A stretch of 56,537 nt of DNA from an uncultured Clostridia bacterium (GCA_946539105.1 CAMNHG010000001.1:1-56537), one strand, 5' to 3'; counted from the first letter of the stretch, positions 19,143-29,978 are shown. Numbers and translations are program-made. The notes: generated from the sequence alone by a model not told the origin.

Positions 19143-21481
19143 TAGATTTTGTTCTTTTCTTTCTCAATTAAATTTGAAGCTATATTATATAAGATGTTAA
19201 ATAAGATAATTGTAACAGCAGCCAATACCGCAAGTAAGATTATCGCGTTTGTACTCAACATTGTAAGCGAGAATAACCAGCCAAAGAATGTGAAAGCGAT
19301 TGCGATTCCGGCTAAGCTGACAAACAGCATCGCGCCTCTTAAAGCGTTAAGCGGAAGAGATAGTCTGATTACAAGCAGCAGACAGGTTAACGCCGTTAAA
19401 TAGACGGATATTGTTGAAAATTGGGCAAACTCAATTCCGAGATTTTTGCAGAATATTTCGGCAATAATAATATTAAGCACAACGCAGATTGCAGCCGGCA
19501 AGGCTCGCGCGATAATATTAAAGGTAAAATTGCCCTTTACAATATTTTTGTTGGGTTGCAGCGCGAGTACAAAAGACGGCAGTCCGATTGTAAGTCCGCC
19601 GATAAGGGTGAGCTGAATCGGCTCAAAGGGGTACTGCATTGTCGCGAAAATAAAGAATACAGAAAGCAGAATTGAATAAACTGTCTTTACAAGATACAGA
19701 GATGAGCTACGCTCTAAGTTATTGATTGACTTTCTTCCCTCATATACTACCTGAGGCATAGCGGCAAAGTCGTTATCGGTCAGCACAAGCTGAGAAACGT
19801 TGCGTGCCGCCTCACTTCCCGACGCCATAGCAACCGAACAGTCGGCTTCCTTAAGCGCGAGAACGTCGTTTACACCGTCGCCTGTCATAGCGACCTTATG
19901 TCCTTTGGCTTTAAGTGCCAAAACCAGCTTTTTCTTTTGTACAGGGGTAACTCTGCCGAACACATTACAGTTTTCCGCAACCTCAGCAAGCTGTTCATCG
20001 GTTTTTACCTCTGTCATATCTATTGCGCGTTCCGCGCCTTCGATTCCGCAGTCCTTTGCGATGTTTTTAACCGTCTTAACGCTGTCGCCGGAGATAACCT
20101 TAAGCGTTACTCCCTGCTCCTTAAAGTAGTTTACGGTATCCTGAACGTTATCTCTGAGCTTATCCTTGATAAGTACAAGTGCCATAGGCTGTAAATCACC
20201 GGGTAATTTACCGTTTTGAATTTCATTATCCGACACGGCAAGAGCTAAAATTCGCACGGTATCGGAAATTTCATTTATTTTTTCAAATACTTCTTTATAC
20301 TTATCTTTATCTTTAAATACAAACTCGGACGCGCCTATAACATAGGTTTTTCCGTTGGCAAACTTACCGCCCGACCACTTTGTTTCGGACGAAAAGCCGT
20401 GGAAAACTTCGCTCTTTATCGGCTCGATTCCCTCTATGTATTCGCCTATCGCCTGAATAGTGGCGTTTTTGTCATCGCTTGCGGTATAAATTGAGGATAA
20501 CGCCGATTTTATTTCTTCTAAGGAATTATCAAATGTAAGTACATCGGTTACGTTCATACTCTCGGCGGTCAGGGTACCGGTTTTATCAAGGCAGATAACA
20601 TCTACCCGAGCTAGAGTTTCAATACAGTACATCTCATTAACAAGCACCTTTTGGCGCGAAAGTCTTATTACCGACACTGCCAAAACCGTACTGGTCAGCA
20701 GAATCATTCCTGACGGAATCATACCTACCAGCGCAGATACGGTGCTGAGCACGGAGCTTTGAATTGTACCGCTGTGGATAAAGAACTTGCTGACAAACAG
20801 CATTAAGCCCAAAGGAAGAATTATAATAGTACAGAGCTTGATTATAAACTTGAACGAACTGAGAATCTGCGACTCGTTTTTCTTTATGTACTTTGCTTCG
20901 TTGTTAATCTTCGCGGCATAGCAATCCGCACCTACGCGGCTAACCTCAGCATAGCATTTTCCGGCAGAGATAAAGCTGCCCGACAAAAGCTCGTCGCCGG
21001 TGTTTTTCGGAATTAAATCTGATTCGCCTGTAAGCAAACTTTCGTTAACCTTGCAGTCGCCTTCAATAAGCACGCAGTCCGCGGGAATTTGGCTTCCGCG
21101 CGAAAGAACGATAATATCGTCAAGGACAAGCTCGTCTTTACTGATTTCCTGCTCCTTGCCGTCGCGAACAACGGTAACCTTGCTTTCGGTTAGGATAGTT
21201 AGCTTGTCTACGCTGATTTTTGAGCGAATCTCCTGAACAATACCGATAATGGTATTAAAGAACACCACGCCGATAAAAAGCAGATTTTTGTACGAGCCTA
21301 CAAGCAACAGCAGTACAAACAAAATCACGTTAATTAAATTGAAAAGTGTGCAGATGTTATCGTAAAAAATGCGCTTATATGATTTTGTTTTTAAGGTCGA
21401 TGTTGCGTTAACCTTGCCTTCGGCTACCCGTTTTGATACTTCAGCAGAGGTCAAGCCTTTGATTTTTGAATTATCTGCCAT
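19142..21481 (-). CDS. Cation-transporting P-type ATPase (CtpE-like)
   Basis: TGES, DKTGTLT, SGD and TGDGVND motifs. Confidence 0.9.
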   Translation of the reverse strand: MADNSKIKGLTSAEVSKRVAEGKVNATSTLKTKSYKRIFYDNICTLFNLINVILFVLLLLVGSYKNLLFIGVVFFNTIIGIVQEIRSKISVDKLTILTESKVTVVRDGKEQEISKDELVLDDIIVLSRGSQIPADCVLIEGDCKVNESLLTGESDLIPKNTGDELLSGSFISAGKCYAEVSRVGADCYAAKINNEAKYIKKNESQILSSFKFIIKLCTIIILPLGLMLFVSKFFIHSGTIQSSVLSTVSALVGMIPSGMILLTSTVLAVSVIRLSRQKVLVNEMYCIETLARVDVICLDKTGTLTAESMNVTDVLTFDNSLEEIKSALSSIYTASDDKNATIQAIGEYIEGIEPIKSEVFHGFSSETKWSGGKFANGKTYVIGASEFVFKDKDKYKEVFEKINEISDTVRILALAVSDNEIQNGKLPGDLQPMALVLIKDKLRDNVQDTVNYFKEQGVTLKVISGDSVKTVKNIAKDCGIEGAERAIDMTEVKTDEQLAEVAENCNVFGRVTPVQKKKLVLALKAKGHKVAMTGDGVNDVLALKEADCSVAMASGSEAARNVSQLVLTDNDFAAMPQVVYEGRKSINNLERSSSLYLVKTVYSILLSVFFIFATMQYPFEPIQLTLIGGLTIGLPSFVLALQPNKNIVKGNFTFNIIARALPAAICVVLNIIIAEIFCKNLGIEFAQFSTISVYLTALTCLLLVIRLSLPLNALRGAMLFVSLAGIAIAFTFFGWLFSLTMLSTNAIILLAVLAAVTIILFNILYNIASNLIEKEKNKI

Positions 21482-21643
21482 AATACTCTCCCATTATTAT
21501 AAAAGAAAAATATTTGAAAAATCTTTTGTTTTATCGCAAAAACAGCGATATTCATACCAAAAAAATTTTTAATAATTTATTTTGCCCATTATATATATTA
21601 TAAATGCAAAAGCTAATAAAGGCAACGGAAAGAAGGTGATTTT

Positions 21644-22660
21644 TTGAAAAAAATTGTAAATTTATTTACAGTTGCCGTATGTGCTTTATTTTTGATTAAC
21701 GCGTCTGTATCAATCGCAACGGTATCTGCCGGTGGCAAAAGCGTATATCTGGGCGGTCAGCCGTTCGGTGTAAGATTTTACAACGACGGATTGATTGTAG
21801 TAGAGCTTGAGGACTTTTTTGACGGCACTCAAAACGTTTGTCCTGCCAAAAAAGCCGGACTAAAGGTTAACGATATAATTAAAGAGGTTAACCATATCCC
21901 GGTAAAAACAAACGAGGATTTGCAAAATGCAGCCGTAAATTGCGGAGGAAAGCCTATCTCTTTTACTATAGAAAGAGACGGCGAAAGGAAGGATATTGTT
22001 ATTACTCCGCAGAAAAACACAATGGGAATATTCCTGTTGGGTGCTTGGATAAGAGACAGCTGCGCCGGAATAGGCACAATCAGCTATTATGATGAGGATA
22101 ACAACTATTTTGCCGCCCTGGGGCACGGAATTTGCGATAACGACACCGGCGCGCTTCTTCCCCTCGGCTCGGCTGAGATTGTAAAGGCAAATATAAGCTC
22201 TGTTACAAAGAGCGTTGACGGTAAGGCAGGAAGCCTTAACGGGTATTTCAGTGAGGAAACAATCGGCAATCTTACGGAAAATACAACTCTTGGTGTTTAC
22301 GGAGTGCCTAACACTGATATATTTGAAAAATCACAGGCTATTGAAATTGCTGATTATTCAGAGATAAAAAAAGGTGAAGCCGAAATTTACACCACTATTG
22401 ACGGCGATAACGCAGCCTGCTACACCGCCGAAATAACAAAGCTGTGCAACGATAACGAAAGGAGTAATGAAAACTTTGTAATTAAGATTACAGATGATTC
22501 GCTTTTGGATAGCTGCGGAGGTATTGTTCAGGGTATGAGCGGCAGCCCGATTGTCCAAAACGGCAAGTTAATAGGAGCTGTAACCCACGTTTTTATCAAC
22601 AATACTGCCGAAGGCTATGGCGTTGCCGCACAATTTATGGTGTCGAATTACGAGGAATAA
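21644..22660 (+). CDS. spoIVB: SpoIVB serine peptidase (PDZ + S55)
   Basis: GIGT, ALGHGI and GIVQGMSGSPIVQNGKLIGAVTHV motifs; canonical position upstream of spo0A. Confidence 0.92.
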   Translation: MKKIVNLFTVAVCALFLINASVSIATVSAGGKSVYLGGQPFGVRFYNDGLIVVELEDFFDGTQNVCPAKKAGLKVNDIIKEVNHIPVKTNEDLQNAAVNCGGKPISFTIERDGERKDIVITPQKNTMGIFLLGAWIRDSCAGIGTISYYDEDNNYFAALGHGICDNDTGALLPLGSAEIVKANISSVTKSVDGKAGSLNGYFSEETIGNLTENTTLGVYGVPNTDIFEKSQAIEIADYSEIKKGEAEIYTTIDGDNAACYTAEITKLCNDNERSNENFVIKITDDSLLDSCGGIVQGMSGSPIVQNGKLIGAVTHVFINNTAEGYGVAAQFMVSNYEE

Positions 22661-22691
22661 CACAATATATTGTGATTTGCTGTATGTCGAA
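22641..22691 (+). promoter_or_regulatory. Two 0A boxes upstream of spo0A
   Basis: Exact TGTCGAA at 22641-22647 and 22685-22691. Confidence 0.65.
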
Positions 22692-22810
22692 AAATGAAAT
22701 GTTAAAAAATTTCAACTTTTTTCAAAAAAATTAATTGGAAACTATTGCCATTGTTACCATTTTGTGGTAAAATCAACTCGTAACAAAAAATTTGATAGGA
22801 GTTTGTCAAG

Positions 22811-23578
22811 ATGAACAATAGTTTTAAGCTGATTATTACCGAAGAAGCCGTTGAGTTTTCACAGGAAAGGCTGCAAATATTTCAGGATTTTAATATTTGT
22901 GCCGCTTTTTGTGTAAAGGACGGAGAGGAGCTTTGCTCAAGAATCAGGAGCGAGGAACCTGATGTTGTATTTATGGACGCGTTTATGACAAGGCTTGACG
23001 CGATCGGAGTTATGAGGAGTATTAAAAAGGAGAAGGTTAAACAACCTTTGTTTATAGTATTCTCATCTTTCCACAGCGCGGTTCTCGAACGCGAAATTAT
23101 GAACAGCGGAGCGGATTATTTTATGTTAAAACCGTACGATGTTGAGCAGCTTTGCGAGAATATCTCGGTTTTAATGAAAAACAAAGATGATAACTCTGTT
23201 ACTCCGCTGAAAATCGACGCGTTTGGAATCGAGCTGAGGGTAACTCAGATTCTCCACGAAATCGGCGTGCCTGCTCATATTAAGGGTTATCACTACCTGA
23301 GAGATTCAATAATGATGTCGGTAGAAAAACCCGAGATTATAAACGCGGTTACAAAACAACTCTATCCGTCTGTAGCTAAGAAGTATCAGACGACGTCCTC
23401 GCGCGTTGAGCGTGCTATCCGCCACGCGATTGAGGTTGCCTGGGACAGAGGCGACGTTGACGTGCTCAACTCATACTTCGGCTATACAATTCACAACGAC
23501 AGAGGTAAGCCGACAAACAGCGAATTTATCGCAATGATTTCAGACAGATTAAGACTGCAAATTAAAAATGCAGGTTAA
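22811..23578 (+). CDS. spo0A: Sporulation master regulator Spo0A
   Basis: Receiver domain plus [24 protein letters not shown] and KPTNSEFIA motifs. Confidence 0.97.
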   Translation: MNNSFKLIITEEAVEFSQERLQIFQDFNICAAFCVKDGEELCSRIRSEEPDVVFMDAFMTRLDAIGVMRSIKKEKVKQPLFIVFSSFHSAVLEREIMNSGADYFMLKPYDVEQLCENISVLMKNKDDNSVTPLKIDAFGIELRVTQILHEIGVPAHIKGYHYLRDSIMMSVEKPEIINAVTKQLYPSVAKKYQTTSSRVERAIRHAIEVAWDRGDVDVLNSYFGYTIHNDRGKPTNSEFIAMISDRLRLQIKNAG

Positions 23579-23588
23579 CTATTAAAGA

Positions 23589-23618
23589 ACGCCGTACTCA
23601 AAGAACTGAGCACGGCGT
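23589..23618. terminator. Terminator hairpin between spo0A and purD
   Basis: ACGCCGTACTCA-aagaac-TGAGCACGGCGT. Confidence 0.65.
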
Positions 23619-23648
23619 ATCTTTATGCTTATAGAAAGCGTTACTTTA

Positions 23649-24914
23649 TTATTTAGTTCTGCCGATGTCCTTGCGGAAGTGCATACCCTCAAAGCTGATT
23701 TTCGATACGGCGTTATACGCCTTGTCAAGAGCTTCGTCAAGAGTATCGGCTGTAGCGGTCACGCCGAGCACGCGTCCGCCGTTGGTATAGAACTTGCCGT
23801 TCTCATACTTGGTTCCGGCGTGATAAACAATCGCTCCGTCGACCTGACCGTTATCATCCATACCGAACATCTCTATTCCCTTTTTGTATGCTACGGGATA
23901 ACCGCCGCTTGCCATTACTACGCAGGCAGCCGCGCCGTCGTACCATTCAATGTCAAGGTCAGAGAGCTTTTCGTCAATAACGGCTTCGCAGATATCGACC
24001 AAATCGGTCTTAAGTCTGGGAAGAACAACCTGAGCCTCGGGATCGCCGAAACGCGCGTTATACTCGATAACCTTAGGTCCGTTCGGGGTAATCATAAGTC
24101 CGAAGTACAGACAACCCTTAAAAGGTCTGCCCTCTTTATTCATAGCCTCGATTGTGGGCTTGAAGATTGTGCGCATACATTCGTCGGCAATTTCGTCGGT
24201 ATAGTAAGGGTTCGGGCTTACCGTACCCATACCGCCGGTGTTAAGACCTTCGTCGTTATCATAAGCGCGCTTGTGATCCTTTGAGCTTACCATAGGCTTA
24301 ACGCACTTGCCGTCTGTGAACGCAAGCACAGAAACCTCGGGGCCTGTCAAAAATTCCTCGATAACAATGTTGTTTCCGGAATCGCCGAACTGCTTGTCCT
24401 CCATAATCGACTTAATCGCCTTAACAGCGTCGTCGATTGTCTGCGCGATAATTACGCCCTTGCCGAGAGCGAGGCCGTCGGCTTTTACAACAACAGGCAC
24501 AGTGTTCTCTGCTTTTACATATTCAATAGCCTTTTCGGGATTGTCAAAAACCTCGTACTTGGCTGTGGGAATGCCGTACTTCTTCATAAGGTTTTTAGAA
24601 AATACCTTTGAAGCCTCGATAATAGCGGCGTTTGCGTTCGGGCCGAAGGCTCTGATTCCCGCAGCCTCAAAAGCGTCTACCATACCGTCAGCGAGCGGAT
24701 CGTCGGGAGCTACAAAAACAAGGTCAATCGCGTTGTCTTTTGCGAACTTAACCATATTCTCTTTGTCCATTACACCGATGTTTACAAGCTCGGCGTCGCG
24801 TGAAATTCCGCCGTTGCCGGGAGCACAGTACAGCTTAGTGCATTTTGGACTTTCAAGCAGCTTTTTGATAAGCGCGTGCTCTCTGCCGCCTGAACCAATC
24901 ATTAAAATTTTCAT
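23649..24914 (-). CDS. purD: Phosphoribosylamine--glycine ligase
   Basis: GSGGREHA, KADGLALGKGV, NTGGMG and RFGDPE motifs. Confidence 0.96.
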   Translation of the reverse strand: MKILMIGSGGREHALIKKLLESPKCTKLYCAPGNGGISRDAELVNIGVMDKENMVKFAKDNAIDLVFVAPDDPLADGMVDAFEAAGIRAFGPNANAAIIEASKVFSKNLMKKYGIPTAKYEVFDNPEKAIEYVKAENTVPVVVKADGLALGKGVIIAQTIDDAVKAIKSIMEDKQFGDSGNNIVIEEFLTGPEVSVLAFTDGKCVKPMVSSKDHKRAYDNDEGLNTGGMGTVSPNPYYTDEIADECMRTIFKPTIEAMNKEGRPFKGCLYFGLMITPNGPKVIEYNARFGDPEAQVVLPRLKTDLVDICEAVIDEKLSDLDIEWYDGAAACVVMASGGYPVAYKKGIEMFGMDDNGQVDGAIVYHAGTKYENGKFYTNGGRVLGVTATADTLDEALDKAYNAVSKISFEGMHFRKDIGRTK

Positions 24915-24930
24915 AATTTACCTCGATTTA

Positions 24931-26109
24931 TCAATGATGGAAAAGTCTGATGCCGGTAAACGACATAGTCATATTGTACTTATTGCAGGTGTCAATTACG
25001 TTGTCGTCACGGATTGAGCCGCCGGGCTGAGCTACGAACTCAACGCCCGAACGCTTTGCTCTCTCGATGTTGTCGCCGAACGGGAAGAACGCGTCCGAAC
25101 CGAGGGATACTCCGCTCTGAGTAGCGAGCCACTCCTTCTTTTCTTCTCTTGTGAGAGGTTCGGGCTTGGTCTTAAAGAACTGCTCCCAAACGCCGTCTGC
25201 AAGTACATCCTCGTAATCGTCGGAGATATAAACGTCGATTGTGTTGTCTCTGTCGGGACGGCGGATATTATCTACAAACGGAAGGTTCATTACCTTCGGA
25301 TGCTGTCTGAGGTACCAAATGTCAGCTTTATTACCGGCAAGTCTTGTGCAGTGGATTCTCGACTGCTGACCTGCGCCTACGCCGATAGCCTGACCGCCCT
25401 TTGCGTAGCAAACGGAGTTTGACTGGGTGTATTTAAGAGTGATAAGAGCGATAAGAAGGTCGCGCTTTGCATCCTCGGTAAGCTCCTTGTTCTCGGTAAC
25501 GATGTTCTGCATAAGCATAGCTTCGTCAATTTTAAGCTCGTTTCTGCCCTGCTCAAAGGTTACGCCGTAAACGTCCTTGTGCTCGAGAGGTGCGGGAACA
25601 TAATCGGTGTCAATTTTAATTACGTTATAGTTGCCTTTTCTCTTGGTCTTAAGAACCTCGAGTGCTTCGTCGGTATAACCGGGAGCGATAATACCGTCGG
25701 AAACCTCACGCGCAAGTAGCTTTGCGGTCTGAACGTCGCAGGTGTCAGAGAGTGCTACCCAATCGCCGTAGGATGACATTCTGTCCGCACCTCTTGCCAT
25801 AGCGTAGGCAGAAGCTATGGGAGAAAGCTCTAAATCGTCTACAAAATAAATCTTTTTAAGTGTATCGGAAAGCTCTGTGGCAACAGCCGCGCCTGCAGGA
25901 CTAACATGCTTGAATGAAGCCGCGGCAGGAAGTCCCGTAGCCGCCTTAAGCTCCTTTACAAGCTGCCAAGAGTTAAAAGCGTCAAGAAAGTTAATGTAAC
26001 CGGGCTTGCCGTTGAGAACCTCAACAGGAAGCTCCTTGCCGTCCTGCATAAAGATTTTTGACGGCTTTTGGTTAGGGTTACAGCCGTACTTAAGCATTAA
26101 TTCGTTCAT
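24931..26109 (-). CDS. purH: AICAR formyltransferase (transformylase domain only)
   Basis: LKYGCNPNQ, SFKHVSPAG, SDAFFPF, QPGGSIRD and RLFHH motifs; no N-terminal MGS/IMPCH domain. Confidence 0.9.
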   Translation of the reverse strand: MNELMLKYGCNPNQKPSKIFMQDGKELPVEVLNGKPGYINFLDAFNSWQLVKELKAATGLPAAASFKHVSPAGAAVATELSDTLKKIYFVDDLELSPIASAYAMARGADRMSSYGDWVALSDTCDVQTAKLLAREVSDGIIAPGYTDEALEVLKTKRKGNYNVIKIDTDYVPAPLEHKDVYGVTFEQGRNELKIDEAMLMQNIVTENKELTEDAKRDLLIALITLKYTQSNSVCYAKGGQAIGVGAGQQSRIHCTRLAGNKADIWYLRQHPKVMNLPFVDNIRRPDRDNTIDVYISDDYEDVLADGVWEQFFKTKPEPLTREEKKEWLATQSGVSLGSDAFFPFGDNIERAKRSGVEFVAQPGGSIRDDNVIDTCNKYNMTMSFTGIRLFHH

Positions 26110-26121
26110 TTTTATATCCCC

Positions 26122-26838
26122 TTACTTATTTTTATTGATAATCTTTGACTCGTATTCGCCTGTCGCGATGTCGATGTATCTTACAAAAAGAGAAACCTTG
26201 TTGTCACTGTCGAGAGCGTTCCAGATTTTATCGGCAAAAACGTCGATTGTGTCGTTTTCAATCTCAACAAGAGTAGGCTCGCCCTCAAAGCTCGGGAGAG
26301 GATTTCCGTCACCCATATATGTATGGATAAATCTGCCCTTGCCGGCAAGCGGACAATCATAAGCAAAAGTGTAACGCTCGCAGCAATCGGGATTGCCTTC
26401 GGCACTTTTAAGGATTGACAGAGCGTAGTTCATTTTGCCCTCGGAACACTTAACAATACCTGAGATTCTGGGTGTGTAGTTAGGCTCATCGGGTTCAAAA
26501 CCACGTGTGCGCAAAGCCTGCTCAAAGGTGAGCTGGTTGCTCATAAGCTCATAAATTGTGTCTGTCTGGTCACCGTTTGTAACGATAGTTTTGTCGTCGA
26601 GAATTCTGACAGGTGAATAGATAATCAGCGAGGGGTCAACCAGCTTTGAGGGATCGAACGCCTCTGTTTTGATACCGTCATCTGTCTGAACAAAAATTCT
26701 GTTGCGGCTGTTTTCGCTCCTGCCCATAATGAAGTAAGCGATAACTGCCTTTGCACCGTCTGCTGTTCTGCCGAGAACAATTCCTCTGCCGGGATAGCTG
26801 GTAGAACCAATTTCCTTTTCTAAAGATACAGCTTTCAT
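26122..26838 (-). CDS. IMP cyclohydrolase, PurO-like
   Basis: YPGRG, YFIMGRS, TNGDQT and EPDEPNYTPRISG motifs. Confidence 0.85.
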   Translation of the reverse strand: MKAVSLEKEIGSTSYPGRGIVLGRTADGAKAVIAYFIMGRSENSRNRIFVQTDDGIKTEAFDPSKLVDPSLIIYSPVRILDDKTIVTNGDQTDTIYELMSNQLTFEQALRTRGFEPDEPNYTPRISGIVKCSEGKMNYALSILKSAEGNPDCCERYTFAYDCPLAGKGRFIHTYMGDGNPLPSFEGEPTLVEIENDTIDVFADKIWNALDSDNKVSLFVRYIDIATGEYESKIINKNK

Positions 26839-26856
26839 TATTATTCCTCCGTAAAA

Positions 26857-27483
26857 TTATTCCGATATCTCGGTTTTATTACCAATAACCTTTATTTTAT
26901 CTTCGCAAAAGAGGGATACCGCCTTGGGAAGAATTTTCCACTCAGCCTGCTCCATTACCCTTTTTTGAAGAATCTCAGGCGTATCGCCTGTTTTTACCTC
27001 TACTGCTTTTTGGATGATGATAGGTCCGCCGTCGCATACCTCATTAACAAAGTGCGCGGTCGCGCCTGTCACCTTAACGCCTTTTTTCAGTGCTTCCTCG
27101 TGGACTCTCAGTCCGTAATAACCCTCACCGCAAAAGGAAGGAATTAACGCGGGATGAATGTTGATTATTCTGTTTTCAAACGCGCCTATTACCTTTTTGC
27201 CGAGGATTGTCATAAAGCCGGCAAGCACAACTACATCGGCATTTTTGCTCTGCAAAAGCTCTGTGAGTGCTTTGTCGTAATCGTCAAACTCGGCAAAATC
27301 CTTACGCCTGATAACCTCAGTATCAATGCTGTTATTCTTTGCTCTTTCAAGCGCGTAAGCGTTGGGATTTGAGGAGATAACACAAGTGATTTTGCCGTTT
27401 TTAAGCTCTCCCCTGCCCTGCGCGTCAATAAGTGCCTGAAGGTTTGTTCCGCCGCCGGAAACAAGCACAACAATGTTTTTCAT
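26857..27483 (-). CDS. purN: Phosphoribosylglycinamide formyltransferase
   Basis: SGGGTNLQA, INIHPALIP and DGGPII motifs. Confidence 0.95.
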   Translation of the reverse strand: MKNIVVLVSGGGTNLQALIDAQGRGELKNGKITCVISSNPNAYALERAKNNSIDTEVIRRKDFAEFDDYDKALTELLQSKNADVVVLAGFMTILGKKVIGAFENRIINIHPALIPSFCGEGYYGLRVHEEALKKGVKVTGATAHFVNEVCDGGPIIIQKAVEVKTGDTPEILQKRVMEQAEWKILPKAVSLFCEDKIKVIGNKTEISE

Positions 27484-28517
27484 TACGCGAAAACAACTCC
27501 TTTTTCGCCCTTGATTACCTCGCCGAGAACAACAGCGTCCTCGCCGTTAGCCTTGAGAACCTCAAGAGCCTTGTCGGCTTCTTCAGCAGAAACGGCAACT
27601 ACCATTCCCACGCCCATATTGAAGGTGTTGAACATATCGTGTTCGCTGATACCTCCGACTCTCTGCATCAGCTTAAAGATAGGAAGAACGGGAATTTCGT
27701 CCTTTTTTATCTTGGCTGCAAGTCCGTCTGTGAGCATACGCGGAATATTCTCGTAAAATCCGCCGCCTGTGATGTGAGAAACAGCCTTAACCTCAAGTTG
27801 CTCCATAAGAGCTAAAATCGGCTTAACGTAGATTTTAGTAGGAGTTAAAAGAGCTTCTCCCAAAGGCTTGTCGAGCTCGGGATATGTATTGTTTATTGTA
27901 TTTTCGTCAATTCCGAATATTTTTCTGACAAGCGAAAAGCCGTTTGAGTGAACTCCGGAGGAGCGAAGTCCGATTAAAATGTCACCGGGCTTTAGCTTTG
28001 AGCCGTCAATCATCTTGGGTTTATCGGCGATACCTACGCAGAAGCCCGCAACGTCGTACTCATCCTCGGGCATAAGTCCGGGATGCTCTGCGGTTTCTCC
28101 GCCGATAAGCGCGCAGCCGGACTGAACACAGCCCTCGGCAATGCCCTCGACGATTGAAGCGACCTTTTCGGGAATATTCTTGCCGATTGCGATATAATCA
28201 AGGAAAAACAGCGGTTTTGCTCCGCAGCAGATTACATCGTTAACGCACATAGCAACGGAGTCGATACCGATTGTATTGTGCTTGTCAAGCAAAAACGCGA
28301 GCTTGATTTTTGTGCCGATGCCGTCGGTGCCGCTGATAAGCACAGGCTCTTGCATGCCCTTAAAGTCAGGCGCGAAAAGTCCGCCGAAGCCGCCGATTCC
28401 CGAAACAACACCGGGAATATTTGTGCGAGCAACGTGCTTTTTCATTAGCTCAACCGATTTGTAGCCTGCGGTAATATCTACGCCTGCCGCCTTGTAACTC
28501 TCTGAAAAGCTATCCAT
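27483..28517 (-). CDS. purM: AIR synthetase
   Basis: [29 protein letters not shown] and HITGGG motifs. Confidence 0.96.
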   Translation of the reverse strand: MDSFSESYKAAGVDITAGYKSVELMKKHVARTNIPGVVSGIGGFGGLFAPDFKGMQEPVLISGTDGIGTKIKLAFLLDKHNTIGIDSVAMCVNDVICCGAKPLFFLDYIAIGKNIPEKVASIVEGIAEGCVQSGCALIGGETAEHPGLMPEDEYDVAGFCVGIADKPKMIDGSKLKPGDILIGLRSSGVHSNGFSLVRKIFGIDENTINNTYPELDKPLGEALLTPTKIYVKPILALMEQLEVKAVSHITGGGFYENIPRMLTDGLAAKIKKDEIPVLPIFKLMQRVGGISEHDMFNTFNMGVGMVVAVSAEEADKALEVLKANGEDAVVLGEVIKGEKGVVFA

Positions 28518-28529
28518 AAAATTCCTCCG

Positions 28530-29978
28530 TTACTTTTTACTGATTTTATTTGCGTATTTATCTACAAAGAATGTGGTCGGCACTTTCGCGCTGAAATTCT
28601 TGGTAAAGCAGCCGTCGCACAAATCTATGTCAGCGTCCTTTGCAATTTCGCGAACCCTCTCAACACTGAGATATCCGAGCGAATCCGCGCCGATTTCCGC
28701 GCAAATCTGCTCCCTTGTCATTCTGTTCGCTATAAGATTATCCTTGTCGTTTATATCAATGCCGAAGTAGCACGGGAACACAAACGGCGGAGAGCTGACG
28801 AGCATATGAACCTCTTTTGCTCCTGCTTCTCTTAGAAGGTTAACAATATGCTGTGAGGTCTCGCCCCTGATAATCGAGTCGTCAATTACGATTATCCTCT
28901 TGCCCTCTACGTTTGATTTTAACGCCGTGAGCTTGGTCTGCATAAGGCGTTTCTTTTTATCCATACCCGTTCCGACCTTTCGGCCGATAAACTTGTTTTT
29001 CATAAAGCCCATACCGTAAGGAATATTTGAAGCCTTTGCGTAACCCTCGGCGGCGATAATGCCCGAATCGGGAACTCCGCAAACCATATCGGCTTCAATC
29101 GGGTACTCCTTAAAGAGCAGCTCGCCTGCTTTAAGTCTGGCAGTGTGAACGCTTACGCCGTCGATTACACTGTCAGGTCTTGCGAGATAAACATACTCAA
29201 ACAGGCAAAGTGAAGTTTTTACCGGTTCGGTCTCCATCATATAGCTGTGCAAGCCGTCCTCGTCAACAACAAGCATTTCGCCGGGCTTAACATCCCTTAT
29301 AAACTCCGCGCCGATGCTGTCAAACACGCAGCTTTCCGAAGAAAAAACATAGCTGTTTTTGAGCTTGCCCATACAAAGAGGTCTGAAACCGAATTTATCC
29401 CTGAACGCCATAAGTCTTGTCGGTGCGCAGATTACGGTTGAATACGCGCCGTCGAGCTTTTTCATCGCGTTGAGCACCGCCTGCTCGAGATCATCGGTTG
29501 AACAGCGTTCTGTGGCGATCACGTAAGCCATAAGCTCGGCGTTGGAGTTTGACTGAAAAATCGCTCCGCCGCGCTCCAAATCCTTTCTGATTTCGGGGAA
29601 GTTGGTAATCGAACCGTTGCTCGAAATCGCGATTGAGCCTTCCTTGTACCTCAAAACAAGCGGTTGGTTAGCCGCGCGGTCAAGGCTTTGGCTCAAAGTA
29701 TAGCGAACGTGTCCGACAGTGATTTTGCCGCTTTGGAGCTTTTGCAGAACCTTGTCGGTGAAAACCTCGGAAACCATTCCGAGCTCTTTAATCGTCGAGA
29801 AATTGCCGTCTTTATTTACGGTTATACCCGCGCTGATTTGACCGCGGTGCTGCAATCCGTAAAGCGCGTCGTGAGTAATTGCTACGGTGTCGAGGTTGTC
29901 GTTATTATATATACCGAAAACTCCGCACTCGTCGTTTGCTTTGTCAAGACGTTTATCAATAGTAACGTATTTTGTCAT
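28530..29978 (-). CDS. purF: Amidophosphoribosyltransferase (divergent)
   Basis: Propeptide then CGVFG; LQHRGQ, CLFEYVYLARPDS, DDSIIRG and Fe-S cysteines. Confidence 0.85.
   Translation of the reverse strand: MTKYVTIDKRLDKANDECGVFGIYNNDNLDTVAITHDALYGLQHRGQISAGITVNKDGNFSTIKELGMVSEVFTDKVLQKLQSGKITVGHVRYTLSQSLDRAANQPLVLRYKEGSIAISSNGSITNFPEIRKDLERGGAIFQSNSNAELMAYVIATERCSTDDLEQAVLNAMKKLDGAYSTVICAPTRLMAFRDKFGFRPLCMGKLKNSYVFSSESCVFDSIGAEFIRDVKPGEMLVVDEDGLHSYMMETEPVKTSLCLFEYVYLARPDSVIDGVSVHTARLKAGELLFKEYPIEADMVCGVPDSGIIAAEGYAKASNIPYGMGFMKNKFIGRKVGTGMDKKKRLMQTKLTALKSNVEGKRIIVIDDSIIRGETSQHIVNLLREAGAKEVHMLVSSPPFVFPCYFGIDINDKDNLIANRMTREQICAEIGADSLGYLSVERVREIAKDADIDLCDGCFTKNFSAKVPTTFFVDKYANKISKK

Noticed and set aside
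23625-25017. Long plus-strand ORFs (219 and 236 aa)
   Set aside because: Antisense to purD/purH, with no RBS or recognisable motifs; typical shadow ORFs of codon-biased genes. The same applies to 16507-17148 and the other nested ORFs.
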